From an uncultured virus (IMG/VR IMGVR_UViG_3300018065_000015) (taxonomy: Duplodnaviria > Heunggongvirae > Uroviricota > Caudoviricetes), in the IMG/VR virus record IMGVR_UViG_3300018065_000015, positions 57,677 through 77,676 of that record: a DNA stretch of 20,000 nt. One strand, written 5' to 3'. Below, one piece after another: positions 6,994 through 15,850 of the stretch. The translations under genes and the position numbers were made by a program. The notes below the pieces were generated by a model. The model did not search any database. It worked only from the letters and a program-made list of their open reading frames with translations, and was not told where the DNA came from. Positions within the stretch are counted from its first letter, which is position 1; each line of letters starts with the position of its first letter.

Positions 6994-9900
6994 ACTAGGT
7001 CTCGACGACCTTCAAGCGATTTTCCGCAACGACGAGGACAACGAGTACAGTCGGCGCTTTCCGATGTACCCCCTCGTGTCTCCCGGCATGCCGCCGCCTG
7101 GCCCGGACTTCATCGCCCACGCGAAAGCGCTCGGCGATGCTAACCCCTACGTCGTAGAGGGTACGGGCAAGAACAAGCGCGGCATCGAAGCCGGATTCAA
7201 GCTGCAGTGCCTGTATCTGAAGGCGCTGTACTCGAACGAACTCCACATGCCCATCAAGGTGAAAGGGCGTACCGAGACGGTGCGCATCCTGCCCGGGCAT
7301 CTCTGGGGCGATCATGCCGAAGGTCCCAAGTACCTCGAGAACGAGGAGCTGCGGGGACGACCGCGTGTGATGGTTGTTGGAAAGCACCCTGGCCTCGAAG
7401 AGATAGGCGAGGGACGCAACTTCGTCGGCCCGTCTGGCCGGCAACTGAAGGACACGTTGACCGCGCTCGGTCTGAGTGATGCCGAGCTCAATGATTGGTA
7501 CGTGTGTAACCTGGTGCGTTGGATGAACGTCAATCCGCAGAGCGGCGCGTTGCCGCAGGCGTGGATCAAGGACTGTCTTCCGCTGCTGCACCAGGAGATC
7601 CGGCTGTACCGGCCTGACTATATCCTGTGCCTCGGGGCCGAAGCGACCAAAGCGGTCATCCCGGGCAACACAGTGAATACCATGGTGGGCCGTTACGTCG
7701 AGCGCACTGAGATGCTGCAAGAGTATGGCGAGCCTGATGACCTGCATACCTCCAAGGTGATGGCCATCACGCATCCGGCGGCTGTGCTGCGTACCACGGA
7801 GTTGTACCCGGCGTTCGAAGCCACCCTGCGGAACTTCATCCAGTTGATCCGTGGCGAGGAGTTTACGAGCGCAGAGAACGACAACATCACGATCCAATAC
7901 ATGTACAAGGAAAGGGAGTTGAAGGAGTACGTTGACTACGTCCTTTCTCGCCCTGGGTTGAAAAAGATAGCAGTTGACGGTGAGTGGCACGGCCAGCATC
8001 CCGGCGAGCCGGGGTCGTACCTCCGTACGATACAGGTAAGCCACACCGGCAAGTATGCCGCCGTCATCGTCCTGCGAGGGCAGGGCGGTGGTACTGCGTT
8101 TCGACCAGGCATTTCGCGCGCGATCGATCACCTTAACCGGCTGCTCGATCGTGACGACGTCCAGATTGGCGGCAGCTTCTTCGCTGCTGACCTTCCGTGG
8201 CTTGAACACAACGGCCTGAACATCGCCCACCGCTTCAAGGTACCGCCCACGGTCGACGAGATCCGCGGCGGTAACTACGCAGGCGGCTTCGACATCGGCT
8301 TGGCCCACCACGCCTACAACGAGACCGGTGACTTCAAGCTGGAAGTCATGGCCTCTCGGTTGTGCGGTGCGCCTCGCTGGGACGTTGCGCTGGGCGAGTG
8401 GAAGAAGGCGTACCTCAAGGAGCGGAAGATGAAGGACGAGGAGCTCGAAGGGTACGGAGAGTGCCCCGACGAGGTCCTACTGCCCTACGGCGGCAAAGAT
8501 GCTGCCTACACACGTCAGCTGATGGACAGGCATTGCAACCTGCTGAACGGCGATCGCTACGGCAACGACTGCTGGATCCCGTTCCATCTGTCCATGATGG
8601 CATTCCCGGCCTTCAACGAGATGGGCACGATCGGCGTCAAGATCGACCCCGAACGCATTGATGAGCTCACCGACCAATTCATCGAAGTGAGCGCCCAGAA
8701 GCTGAAGAAGCTTCAGGAGGACATCAACTGGCCGGCGTTCAACCCTCGAAGTTCACAGCAGTGTGTGGAATTCCTGTTCGGCGAGCGCTACTCTACGCGC
8801 CGTGACAAGGACACAGGAGAGCGGCTCAGCGTGCGTCCAGCGGGCGCCATGACGCTCAACCTGGAGCCCATCAAGTCCACTGGCAAAGGTAAGCCGTGGG
8901 GCTGGGTGATGTCCAGAGGCGAACAGGAGAAGTACACGCCGAGTACAGATAAAGAGACATGTGGCATTTTGGGTTTACAACACCCAATGGCGTTACAGCT
9001 ACGCGACGTGAGGCTGATCGACCAAGTGTTGAAGTCCGTATTCCGTCCGCCTAAGTACAAGGCAAAATCGACGGAGATCGAACTCGACAGCAATGGCCGA
9101 CGGATCTACGGCGGTGGCATCGCTAAGTACATATGCCATGACCAGCGTGTGAGAAGTTCGTTCCAACAAGTGAAGGAAACTGGACGTGCGTCAAGTGCGA
9201 GGCCGCCATTACAGAATATCAGTAAGCGTCGCGAAGACGATTACTCGAGAATCCTGGGTGACCAATACCGCTGGCCAATCCGGTCATTTATCGTCAGCAA
9301 CACCGACCCCGGCTATGCCGAACCTACCGTCCTTGTAGAGTCAGACTATAAGGGCGCGGAACTTATGGGGATGGCGGTGATGGCTCGCGATGCGCAAATG
9401 TTGGATCACTGCTTACGCGCAAACCTGCCCGATGGCGATCCGCAGCAATATGATATCCACTCAAATATCGCTGTGACTTCCTTTCAACTTGACTGCGAGG
9501 CTAGCAAAGCTGGACTCGCATCGATCAAGCAGAAGGGCAAGCGCGTTGCTGCGAAAAACATCATCTTCGGCGTAGGCTATGGACGCACCGCGGAGGCGTG
9601 CGCCAGGCAGTGCCAGGAAGAAAATGCTCCTATCACCGTTGCGGAAGCGCAAAGCATTATCGACACGATCTTCGAGCTCTATCCGGGTATTCCAGCGTTG
9701 CAAGAGGCACTCCGTGCCCGCGTCGCTAACCCGGGATGGCTTAGAAATTGTTTCGGTAGGTATCGTCGATTCATCAGCACGTCTGATCGAGCGGCGATGG
9801 GCGAATTGGAGCGCCAGGCACTGAATTTTCCGTTTCAGAGTATGGTAGCCGATGCCGTTTCGACGGCGCTATATTGGCTACACAACCATCCTCGTAAAGA

Positions 9901-10168
9901 GGAACTTGGGTACAAGATTGTCCTCCAGATCCACGATGCGATCGTGCTGGAGGTCCCATGTCGCAGCTTGGACGTGGTACACAACGAGATCCTGCCAGAG
10001 TGCATGGTCGACAAAGTGTCCTTCCAGGCATGTGACTTAGACGGAGCTCCGTATGCGGACAGTCCGATCTACCGATTTGGGTTGGATCAGGACGTGTTCA
10101 CGCGATGGGGCTTGAAGTTGACAGAAGAGGAGTGTGAGCGGTTGGGAATTAGTCCCGATTATATCTAG
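6983..10168 (+). CDS. polA: Family A DNA polymerase with N-terminal UDG-like domain and 3'-5' exonuclease (1061 aa)
   Basis: UDG-like: VVGKHPG..E...GRNFVGPSG and HPAAVLR. Exonuclease: AVDGEW and YGGKDA. Polymerase: TGRASSARPPLQNI, motif A SDYKGAEL, motif B RVAAKNIIFGVGYG, motif C QIHDAI. Confidence 0.93.
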   Translation: MIPELGLDDLQAIFRNDEDNEYSRRFPMYPLVSPGMPPPGPDFIAHAKALGDANPYVVEGTGKNKRGIEAGFKLQCLYLKALYSNELHMPIKVKGRTETVRILPGHLWGDHAEGPKYLENEELRGRPRVMVVGKHPGLEEIGEGRNFVGPSGRQLKDTLTALGLSDAELNDWYVCNLVRWMNVNPQSGALPQAWIKDCLPLLHQEIRLYRPDYILCLGAEATKAVIPGNTVNTMVGRYVERTEMLQEYGEPDDLHTSKVMAITHPAAVLRTTELYPAFEATLRNFIQLIRGEEFTSAENDNITIQYMYKERELKEYVDYVLSRPGLKKIAVDGEWHGQHPGEPGSYLRTIQVSHTGKYAAVIVLRGQGGGTAFRPGISRAIDHLNRLLDRDDVQIGGSFFAADLPWLEHNGLNIAHRFKVPPTVDEIRGGNYAGGFDIGLAHHAYNETGDFKLEVMASRLCGAPRWDVALGEWKKAYLKERKMKDEELEGYGECPDEVLLPYGGKDAAYTRQLMDRHCNLLNGDRYGNDCWIPFHLSMMAFPAFNEMGTIGVKIDPERIDELTDQFIEVSAQKLKKLQEDINWPAFNPRSSQQCVEFLFGERYSTRRDKDTGERLSVRPAGAMTLNLEPIKSTGKGKPWGWVMSRGEQEKYTPSTDKETCGILGLQHPMALQLRDVRLIDQVLKSVFRPPKYKAKSTEIELDSNGRRIYGGGIAKYICHDQRVRSSFQQVKETGRASSARPPLQNISKRREDDYSRILGDQYRWPIRSFIVSNTDPGYAEPTVLVESDYKGAELMGMAVMARDAQMLDHCLRANLPDGDPQQYDIHSNIAVTSFQLDCEASKAGLASIKQKGKRVAAKNIIFGVGYGRTAEACARQCQEENAPITVAEAQSIIDTIFELYPGIPALQEALRARVANPGWLRNCFGRYRRFISTSDRAAMGELERQALNFPFQSMVADAVSTALYWLHNHPRKEELGYKIVLQIHDAIVLEVPCRSLDVVHNEILPECMVDKVSFQACDLDGAPYADSPIYRFGLDQDVFTRWGLKLTEEECERLGISPDYI

Positions 10169-10176
10169 CGGGGTGC

Positions 10177-10205
10177 TTGAAATGGCACCGCCCGTGTGGG
10201 ATAAT
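10177..10205 (+). promoter_or_regulatory. Sigma70-type promoter with extended -10
   Basis: TTGAAA (10177-10182), 17-bp spacer, TG at 10197-10198, GATAAT (10200-10205), in the intergenic region upstream of RBS AGGAGG. Confidence 0.75.
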
Positions 10206-10214
10206 CAGGGTATC

Positions 10215-10275
10215 AACCGTTAAACCGATTGACTTGCAACTTCTAAACCGACTGACTGTTTACTTGTAACCCGTT
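10215..10275 (+). repeat. Degenerate 7-8 nt tandem units in the 5' leader
   Basis: aaccgtta aaccgatt gacttgc aacttcta aaccgact gactgtt tacttgt aacccgtt. Includes TAAACCGAYTGACT twice at a 23-nt period and ACTTGYAAC twice. Confidence 0.6.
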
Positions 10276-10292
10276 TTTGTAGGAGGTGACGA

Positions 10293-11660
10293 ATGTCACG
10301 CCAAGGTGCGGCCGCTGGCCGCTATCGTATGCGCAACGAGGGTCAAGCCTCGCAACGTGGAATTCAGGGTATGCATATCCTGAACGACAACGCCGGTTGT
10401 CAAATCTACCGGCCAACCTGGAACGGCACCCGGACTATCTTCCGGCCGTTCCCGGGTAAGGATCCCGAGAACCTCGCAGCCTGGGACCCGTTCCGGCTGA
10501 GTGATGAAGATCGGGACTTCGGTGACTGGATCCGTCGATACGACATGGCATTCAGCATCGGTAACCCCGGGATTACCTTCGTTATGAAGGATCCGCGGGA
10601 CGGCACGCTGGACGACCAGCAGAACCCCGTCTGGATGCTGTATCGCAGCATTCAGCAAGCCGTGAAAGCCGGCACCGGGCATCCCAGCTGGAATCCGCTT
10701 GTCTTCGGCGGCGCGGGTCGCGCCGCACCTCTGAGTTCTCCGAAGGATGGCTACATCATGCAAGGCATCCTGATGGAACACAAATCGCAGCCGCAGAACC
10801 CGCCGCGCGGGTGCTTGCCCGACCATCAACCGGTCGTGCTGCTGATGAGCCAGTCCGCAGGCCAAGCCCTGATGGACAAGCTCGGCGAACGCGATGACCA
10901 AGGTAACTGGCGCTGGCCCGACCTTACCAGTCTTGACGCTGGCATGTTCGTCCAGTTCCACCAAGCCGGCACCCAAGCGCAACCCCAAGGCGGCGCACCC
11001 AGACAAATGGGCGCGACAACCGTCGGCGGAGGTGGCGTTGCCGAAAACCGCTACGAGGTGGAGTTCCTCGAACTCTACAGCGGTATCTCGCCCACGTTCG
11101 AAGGGATCCACGGCCTGGCCGAATCCCACGTTCGTCCCTGGGACGAGATCGTACGAATCCCCACCATTGAGGACCAGGTCCGCATGTTGTGCGGCGCTGG
11201 CATTCCAGCGACGGCCATCGTCTACGCCCTCGGTGATGTGTACCAGGAGTTCATCCCGCAACACATCTTCGATCAGGCGCGTGCCCAAAACACGCAGACG
11301 ACGGTTCCGTTCCAGAGCGTTGCCTCTGAGGGTGGTGGGACACCAAATCCAATGCAATCACAGGAAGCCCCGTCGCCGATGGGTGCTTCCCCCGCAGCTA
11401 CGCAGCAGGATCCTGCCATGCCGGCGGCTACCACGCCGCCGCCTACGGCCGCTCCTGAGGCAGCTGGGAATCCCATGGCTTCCGTGACGCAACCCGAGCA
11501 AACGCCTCCTCCAGAGGCTGCTCCTGCGCCACAGCAGACAATGACGAATGCAGAAGCAGCGCCGCAGGCGCAGCCGACGCACACTACGCCGGAGCGATCG
11601 GCGGCTACGCAGGATGCCCTCGCAAGGGCTCGTGCGCGTGCTGCTGACGCCGGCGGATAG
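10293..11660 (+). CDS. Probable single-stranded DNA-binding / recombination protein with P/A/Q/T-rich C-terminal tail
   Basis: Strong RBS AGGAGG, own promoter and terminator, located between polA and recA. N-terminal TIFRPFP is reminiscent of the gp32-type IRFLP. The last ~120 aa are low-complexity. Function is inferred mainly from context. Confidence 0.5.
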   Translation: MSRQGAAAGRYRMRNEGQASQRGIQGMHILNDNAGCQIYRPTWNGTRTIFRPFPGKDPENLAAWDPFRLSDEDRDFGDWIRRYDMAFSIGNPGITFVMKDPRDGTLDDQQNPVWMLYRSIQQAVKAGTGHPSWNPLVFGGAGRAAPLSSPKDGYIMQGILMEHKSQPQNPPRGCLPDHQPVVLLMSQSAGQALMDKLGERDDQGNWRWPDLTSLDAGMFVQFHQAGTQAQPQGGAPRQMGATTVGGGGVAENRYEVEFLELYSGISPTFEGIHGLAESHVRPWDEIVRIPTIEDQVRMLCGAGIPATAIVYALGDVYQEFIPQHIFDQARAQNTQTTVPFQSVASEGGGTPNPMQSQEAPSPMGASPAATQQDPAMPAATTPPPTAAPEAAGNPMASVTQPEQTPPPEAAPAPQQTMTNAEAAPQAQPTHTTPERSAATQDALARARARAADAGG

Positions 11661-11682
11661 ACGTTACTATTTCTGCACCTCA

Positions 11683-11718
11683 GCTCCGCCCGGTCCGTGG
11701 CCGGGCGGAGCGTTTCTT
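11683..11718 (+). terminator. Intrinsic terminator
   Basis: Perfect 11-bp stem GCTCCGCCCGG / CCGGGCGGAGC with 7-nt loop TCCGTGG, followed by GTTTCTT. Confidence 0.8.
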
Positions 11719-11732
11719 AGGACCAATATCCA

Positions 11733-13088
11733 ATGGCTAAGAAAAAGAAGCCCAATCCAGCTGAAGAGTTGCCTGTTGAGGACTTCTGCCCGAACGACGA
11801 ACTGTTCGATTCAGTGGTAGAAACAGTCCAAACGAAGCTGCAGAAGGAGGGCATGCTTGTCGGTCACAATCCGGTGATGCAAGTGCTGCCCGTGCCTGCG
11901 TTCAGTATGAGGTATCTCATTCAGAACGAAGGCCTGCCGTTGAGTTGTATGTATCAAGCAGTAGGACCGGAGGCGTCCTACAAATCCACGTTCGCGATGG
12001 AAGTAGTTCGCTGGCACCGCCTGTGCGGTGGGCGTGGATTGTTGTGTGAGGCTGAGACGAAGCCGACATCTGAGTTACGCAACAGTGTCCTGAACTGGGA
12101 CCTGAAAGCAGTCGATATCGAGGACTGCGAAACCTTTGAAGACTGGCAGCGCAAGCTGACTCGCTATACCGTCGGCTTGCAAAAGCGGATGGAGAAGGCG
12201 GGTACGCGGGACATCCCGTGGTGCGCTGTCGTCGACTCGCTGACCGGCAAGGCCAGTGAGCATACGCTGAAGAACATCCAGAAGGTTGGTCATGCCAATC
12301 TGCACTTCCCCGTGGAAGCGCGACAGATGGCCGACTACATGCGTGCCTATCCGCAGATGCTTCTCGGGTGGCCGTTCACCTTCGTGGGTGTCAACCACAT
12401 GAAGATCAACCGCAATCCTGACGGCACCGTCGACTACAACATCCCAGGTGGTTGGGCGCTGAAGTTCCAGTGCTCTGCTATCTTCGAGTTGGAGAAGATG
12501 GGCGGGATCAAGGAGTTCAACAACTACAAGGCGGCTACCATCCGCTTCTCCATGTTGAAGAACTCTTATGGAGCTGATGACTCCAAGATCAAGGTGCGGT
12601 TCAAGACGTGGCTGCAGGAGGACGCGCCTGATACGTTCAGGCTCCACTCTCGTTTTGAGTGGTGGGAAGCCTCCATCCTCTTCATCGCCACTGGCAACGG
12701 GCTGTCGGCCGCTAAGGCCCAAAGGCTTGTGCCCAAGATGAAGGAAGCCTGCGACATCCACGAGAAGTCGGGCGGCAGCCGCGGGAAGCTATACTGGTCG
12801 AACGCGTTGGGCGTCCCCTCTTCGGAGGCGATGCCGCCGCACGATCTCGGCATGATCCTCGAGACGAAGCCTGATGTGCTGAAGGACCTGTACAATGTTA
12901 CCGGCATTCAGCGCCGTCAGTTCTTCCGACCCGGCGTCGATTTCCTGGCGCAGCAAGAGGCTCAGGCGCATGTGATCGCGCAAGCCGATGCTTCGGATCT
13001 CAACCAGCAGCGTTTGCGAGAGATCCAGCAGAACATCATCGACCACGATGCCTACCCCAGCCAGGTGGAATGGCCATCCAATGAGTAA
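11733..13088 (+). CDS. RecA/UvsX-like recombinase (451 aa)
   Basis: GLP...AVGPEASYKST (Walker A), EAE, Walker B AVVDSL, FVGVNH, PGGWALKF and KN motifs, in RecA order. Confidence 0.88.
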   Translation: MAKKKKPNPAEELPVEDFCPNDELFDSVVETVQTKLQKEGMLVGHNPVMQVLPVPAFSMRYLIQNEGLPLSCMYQAVGPEASYKSTFAMEVVRWHRLCGGRGLLCEAETKPTSELRNSVLNWDLKAVDIEDCETFEDWQRKLTRYTVGLQKRMEKAGTRDIPWCAVVDSLTGKASEHTLKNIQKVGHANLHFPVEARQMADYMRAYPQMLLGWPFTFVGVNHMKINRNPDGTVDYNIPGGWALKFQCSAIFELEKMGGIKEFNNYKAATIRFSMLKNSYGADDSKIKVRFKTWLQEDAPDTFRLHSRFEWWEASILFIATGNGLSAAKAQRLVPKMKEACDIHEKSGGSRGKLYWSNALGVPSSEAMPPHDLGMILETKPDVLKDLYNVTGIQRRQFFRPGVDFLAQQEAQAHVIAQADASDLNQQRLREIQQNIIDHDAYPSQVEWPSNE

Positions 13089-13596
13089 TCCCATCAATCC
13101 AATGGACTTTTGGGACAAAACAGATCACGAGGCGGAGGGCAACAAGCTCGCGCAGTATGAGCACGGCGCCGTGGACAGAATTGTCAAACGAGCAAAGGTC
13201 GGCACTGCCGAGCGCGCGCTCCTCGTCTCAGATGGCGATCTAATGACGTTTGAGGCGTTGCATGAGCATGCACATTTTCCGCTGCTCTTGCACGCCATCA
13301 AAATCCGCTCACCGGCGGACATCGAAAAAACCTTGGAGCAGCGTCCACTACGCACGCCGATGTTCATGCAGTTCTTGGACATCACTGACGGCACGCCGAA
13401 GGGCGAGTGCACATACCAGGGCGTCGTGTTCAACTGGCTGAACCACGGCCGCTGGTACGTCCTGCACGACTTCTCCATGCATACCGATCTAGGCACGTCG
13501 TTGCGCTACTGGCGCATCAACGGAAGATGTTACTATCTGGAAACCCTGGACAATCTGGTGGAACGCTTCGGCCCAGCCGAGGAGTGGTGCGCCTGA
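13081..13596 (+). CDS. Hypothetical protein (171 aa)
   Basis: ATG 13081 overlaps the recA stop (ATGAGTAA) and the ORF fills the gap to the next gene. Confidence 0.7.
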   Translation: MSNPINPMDFWDKTDHEAEGNKLAQYEHGAVDRIVKRAKVGTAERALLVSDGDLMTFEALHEHAHFPLLLHAIKIRSPADIEKTLEQRPLRTPMFMQFLDITDGTPKGECTYQGVVFNWLNHGRWYVLHDFSMHTDLGTSLRYWRINGRCYYLETLDNLVERFGPAEEWCA

Positions 13597-13606
13597 TTTT
13601 GTTTCC

Positions 13607-14707
13607 ATGAATAAATTCCTAGTCAAACCAAAAGCCGAGGTGTACGCGCCGGACCAGTTCGACGGGTTCCTCGAAGCGCTGAACACAGCCGATCAGTACA
13701 CCGTCCAGGTGCCGATCAACCATCCGGAAGACCTGCTCCTGGACGATGCCGGCTGTCTCGTAGAGAGTGGCTTTCGCCTCTCTCCGCTTGCTTTCAAGCA
13801 AATCTGCATGTTTGTGGCCAAGGGACTTTGGCCGCTGATCATGGATATCGGTGGTGTCACGCGTGGTTCGAGATCCTTCGATGGAGTGATCTCGCCAGCG
13901 TTGGCAGCACGCATCTTCAATGACTGCGTGCAGCTCCGATTCCGTGTAAAAGATGGGATCTGCGGACGACTGTTGATCCAGAACCACAATACGAAGGTCA
14001 TCGACGGTGTCGTCGGTGTCCGCTATCAGTACCTCGCCAATCACCTGCTGCTCGACGGCGCCTCTGACCTCCTGGCCACACACTCTGTGCCGATGGAGTT
14101 CTGGGGCGGAACGTTGACCGGCCGCCGCATGAGCGTTACCTTCCTGGCCCCCGAGGCCCTGGCTACCACGCCAGCCGGACAGGATCTCTACGGTGGCTGC
14201 TACGTGACGAACAGCGAAGCAGGTGAGTGCGGCGTACGCAGCTCATTGCTGCTCCAGTACGACGATACACCCCTCCGATGCATATCCAAGCTACACAGCA
14301 TAACCCATGTGGGAAAGAGCTTCATGAAACGGCTCCAGCGCATGGTGATGAAGGTATTGCACGACTGGGACGGTATCGTCGATGTGGTTAACGACATCGA
14401 GCATCTGGCGACCACGCTGGATGTCCTCGACGACACGGGTAAGATCAAGCGCACATGGCAGCGACGAGTGGCAACCAGGTTGTCCAACTATGTCGACAAG
14501 GGCCTTGCTGACGCTATGATACGCCAAGCCATTTACACAGACGTGCGTGACGATCCGTTGAAAGAACGGATGCGGCGCGTGGCAGAGCGTACGGTCGAAG
14601 ACTTCTTCGTGGTAATCATGGAGCATGCCGACGGCCAATATCCCGAAGTTCGCGAAAGTCTTGAGCGAGCGGCGTACGACGTCCTCGCCAAGCGCATCCC
14701 ACTGTAG
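13607..14707 (+). CDS. DUF932-like phage/plasmid protein (366 aa)
   Basis: GVVGVRYQYLANHLLLD (cf. VS..Y....N) and GCYVTNSEAGECGV (cf. ...NSHDG..A) in the order seen in DUF932/DUF945 proteins. Confidence 0.55.
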   Translation: MNKFLVKPKAEVYAPDQFDGFLEALNTADQYTVQVPINHPEDLLLDDAGCLVESGFRLSPLAFKQICMFVAKGLWPLIMDIGGVTRGSRSFDGVISPALAARIFNDCVQLRFRVKDGICGRLLIQNHNTKVIDGVVGVRYQYLANHLLLDGASDLLATHSVPMEFWGGTLTGRRMSVTFLAPEALATTPAGQDLYGGCYVTNSEAGECGVRSSLLLQYDDTPLRCISKLHSITHVGKSFMKRLQRMVMKVLHDWDGIVDVVNDIEHLATTLDVLDDTGKIKRTWQRRVATRLSNYVDKGLADAMIRQAIYTDVRDDPLKERMRRVAERTVEDFFVVIMEHADGQYPEVRESLERAAYDVLAKRIPL

Positions 14708-14722
14708 GAGCTATTTTCAGTA

Positions 14723-15850
14723 ATGGCAAAAACCACTCTACCCGCCAAGGTCGAAGAGTACACCGCTCTTCAAGCACAATCCACCTTCACGAAGGCCGAA
14801 GAGAAGGCCTTCAAGGAGTTAAACGAATATATCACCAAGCGCGCCAAGGACGACATCTGGTGGTATTGGGAGCTCGGTCAAAAGGTCAAGAAGATCTATG
14901 AAGACGCCAAAGACCGTGAGGACATCTACGGCAAGCGCGTGTTGCTGCGCATGGCCAAGGCTCTCGGCTACAAGACAGACCAACAGCTCCGCAACACCAT
15001 GACTGTTGTGGAGACTTTCAAGACGAAGAAGGAGTTCAACAAGCTCGTCCGGCTGAAGGGCGAAGCGCAGAACACGTTGAACTGGTCGCACCTCGTGTAC
15101 CTCGCCCAGATTGGCGACGACAAGCTGCGGAACCAGCTGGCCGCCTCCACGCTCGAACAGAGCTGGAACGCCAAGGACCTCTGGGACCGTGTCAAGGAGC
15201 TGGCCAACCGCAAGAAACGCGGTTCCGGCGCCAAGGTGAAGACCAAGATCCCGGCATCGCCGGTCGGCATGTTCAGCCATGTACGTTCGCAGGCCAACAA
15301 GTTCGTCCAGAACTTCGAGGAGGCGTGGACGGGCGACGTCTACGACATCTGCGGCGAGGTGGCCAGCATCCCGGCCGACAAGCTGAACGACAAGCTCGTC
15401 CAGGCCGTCGCCGACACGCGTGCGAAGCTCGTGTCCATGCAGGAGTGCGCCGCCTCCCTCGAAGAGCAGCTCATGCAAGTTGAGGAGGACATCGAGGCCC
15501 GTCGTAAGGCCCAGGCGGAGGCTGAGGAAGAAGCCGCGGCTGCCGAAGCTGCCGAAGAGGACTACGAAGACGATATCGACGAGGGGGAGGACGACGATGA
15601 CGACTTCGATCCGAACGACGACGTCTACGCTGAAGACGAAGCGGAAGACGCGGAGGAGGAAGAGGACGACGAGGTTGAGGAAGATTCCGCCCAAGACGAA
15701 GAGGACTGGGAAGAGGAAGAGACTGTCAACCTTGGCAAACAACGAAACGCTCAACGGCGAGCCAAGTCTGCCGCAGAGCGGGAAAAGAAAAAGAAACGTG
15801 AAGCTCGCGCTGCAGCTCGCCGCAAGGGGCGAGTGGGAGTAAGCAAGTGA
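14723..15850 (+). CDS. YhcG N-terminal (DUF1016_N)-like domain protein with coiled coil, acidic tract and basic tail
   Basis: WYWELGQKV...YGKRVLLRMAKAL...LRNTM...LNWSHLVYL...R...EQSWNAKDL matches the DUF1016_N pattern YW.IG..I...YG..V...LS..L...NL..M...LSWSH...L...R...WS.R.L. This is followed by an ~55-aa D/E tract and a K/R-rich end. Confidence 0.65.
   Translation: MAKTTLPAKVEEYTALQAQSTFTKAEEKAFKELNEYITKRAKDDIWWYWELGQKVKKIYEDAKDREDIYGKRVLLRMAKALGYKTDQQLRNTMTVVETFKTKKEFNKLVRLKGEAQNTLNWSHLVYLAQIGDDKLRNQLAASTLEQSWNAKDLWDRVKELANRKKRGSGAKVKTKIPASPVGMFSHVRSQANKFVQNFEEAWTGDVYDICGEVASIPADKLNDKLVQAVADTRAKLVSMQECAASLEEQLMQVEEDIEARRKAQAEAEEEAAAAEAAEEDYEDDIDEGEDDDDDFDPNDDVYAEDEAEDAEEEEDDEVEEDSAQDEEDWEEEETVNLGKQRNAQRRAKSAAEREKKKKREARAAARRKGRVGVSK

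Noticed and set aside
6995..8311. Long antisense ORFs (also 2675-3586, 10296-11357, 12075-12761, 14819-15865)
   Set aside because: Shadow frames of GC-rich genes with strong codon bias; no motifs or RBS.
6983..10168. Intein or intron in polA/dnaB, or stop-codon reassignment
   Set aside because: Motifs are contiguous with no C/S...HN intein ends or LAGLIDADG blocks. TAG, TGA and TAA all terminate genes at sensible boundaries.
15520..15725. GAG/GAC/GAA-rich repeat-like DNA
   Set aside because: Explained by the encoded acidic tract; not an independent DNA repeat.
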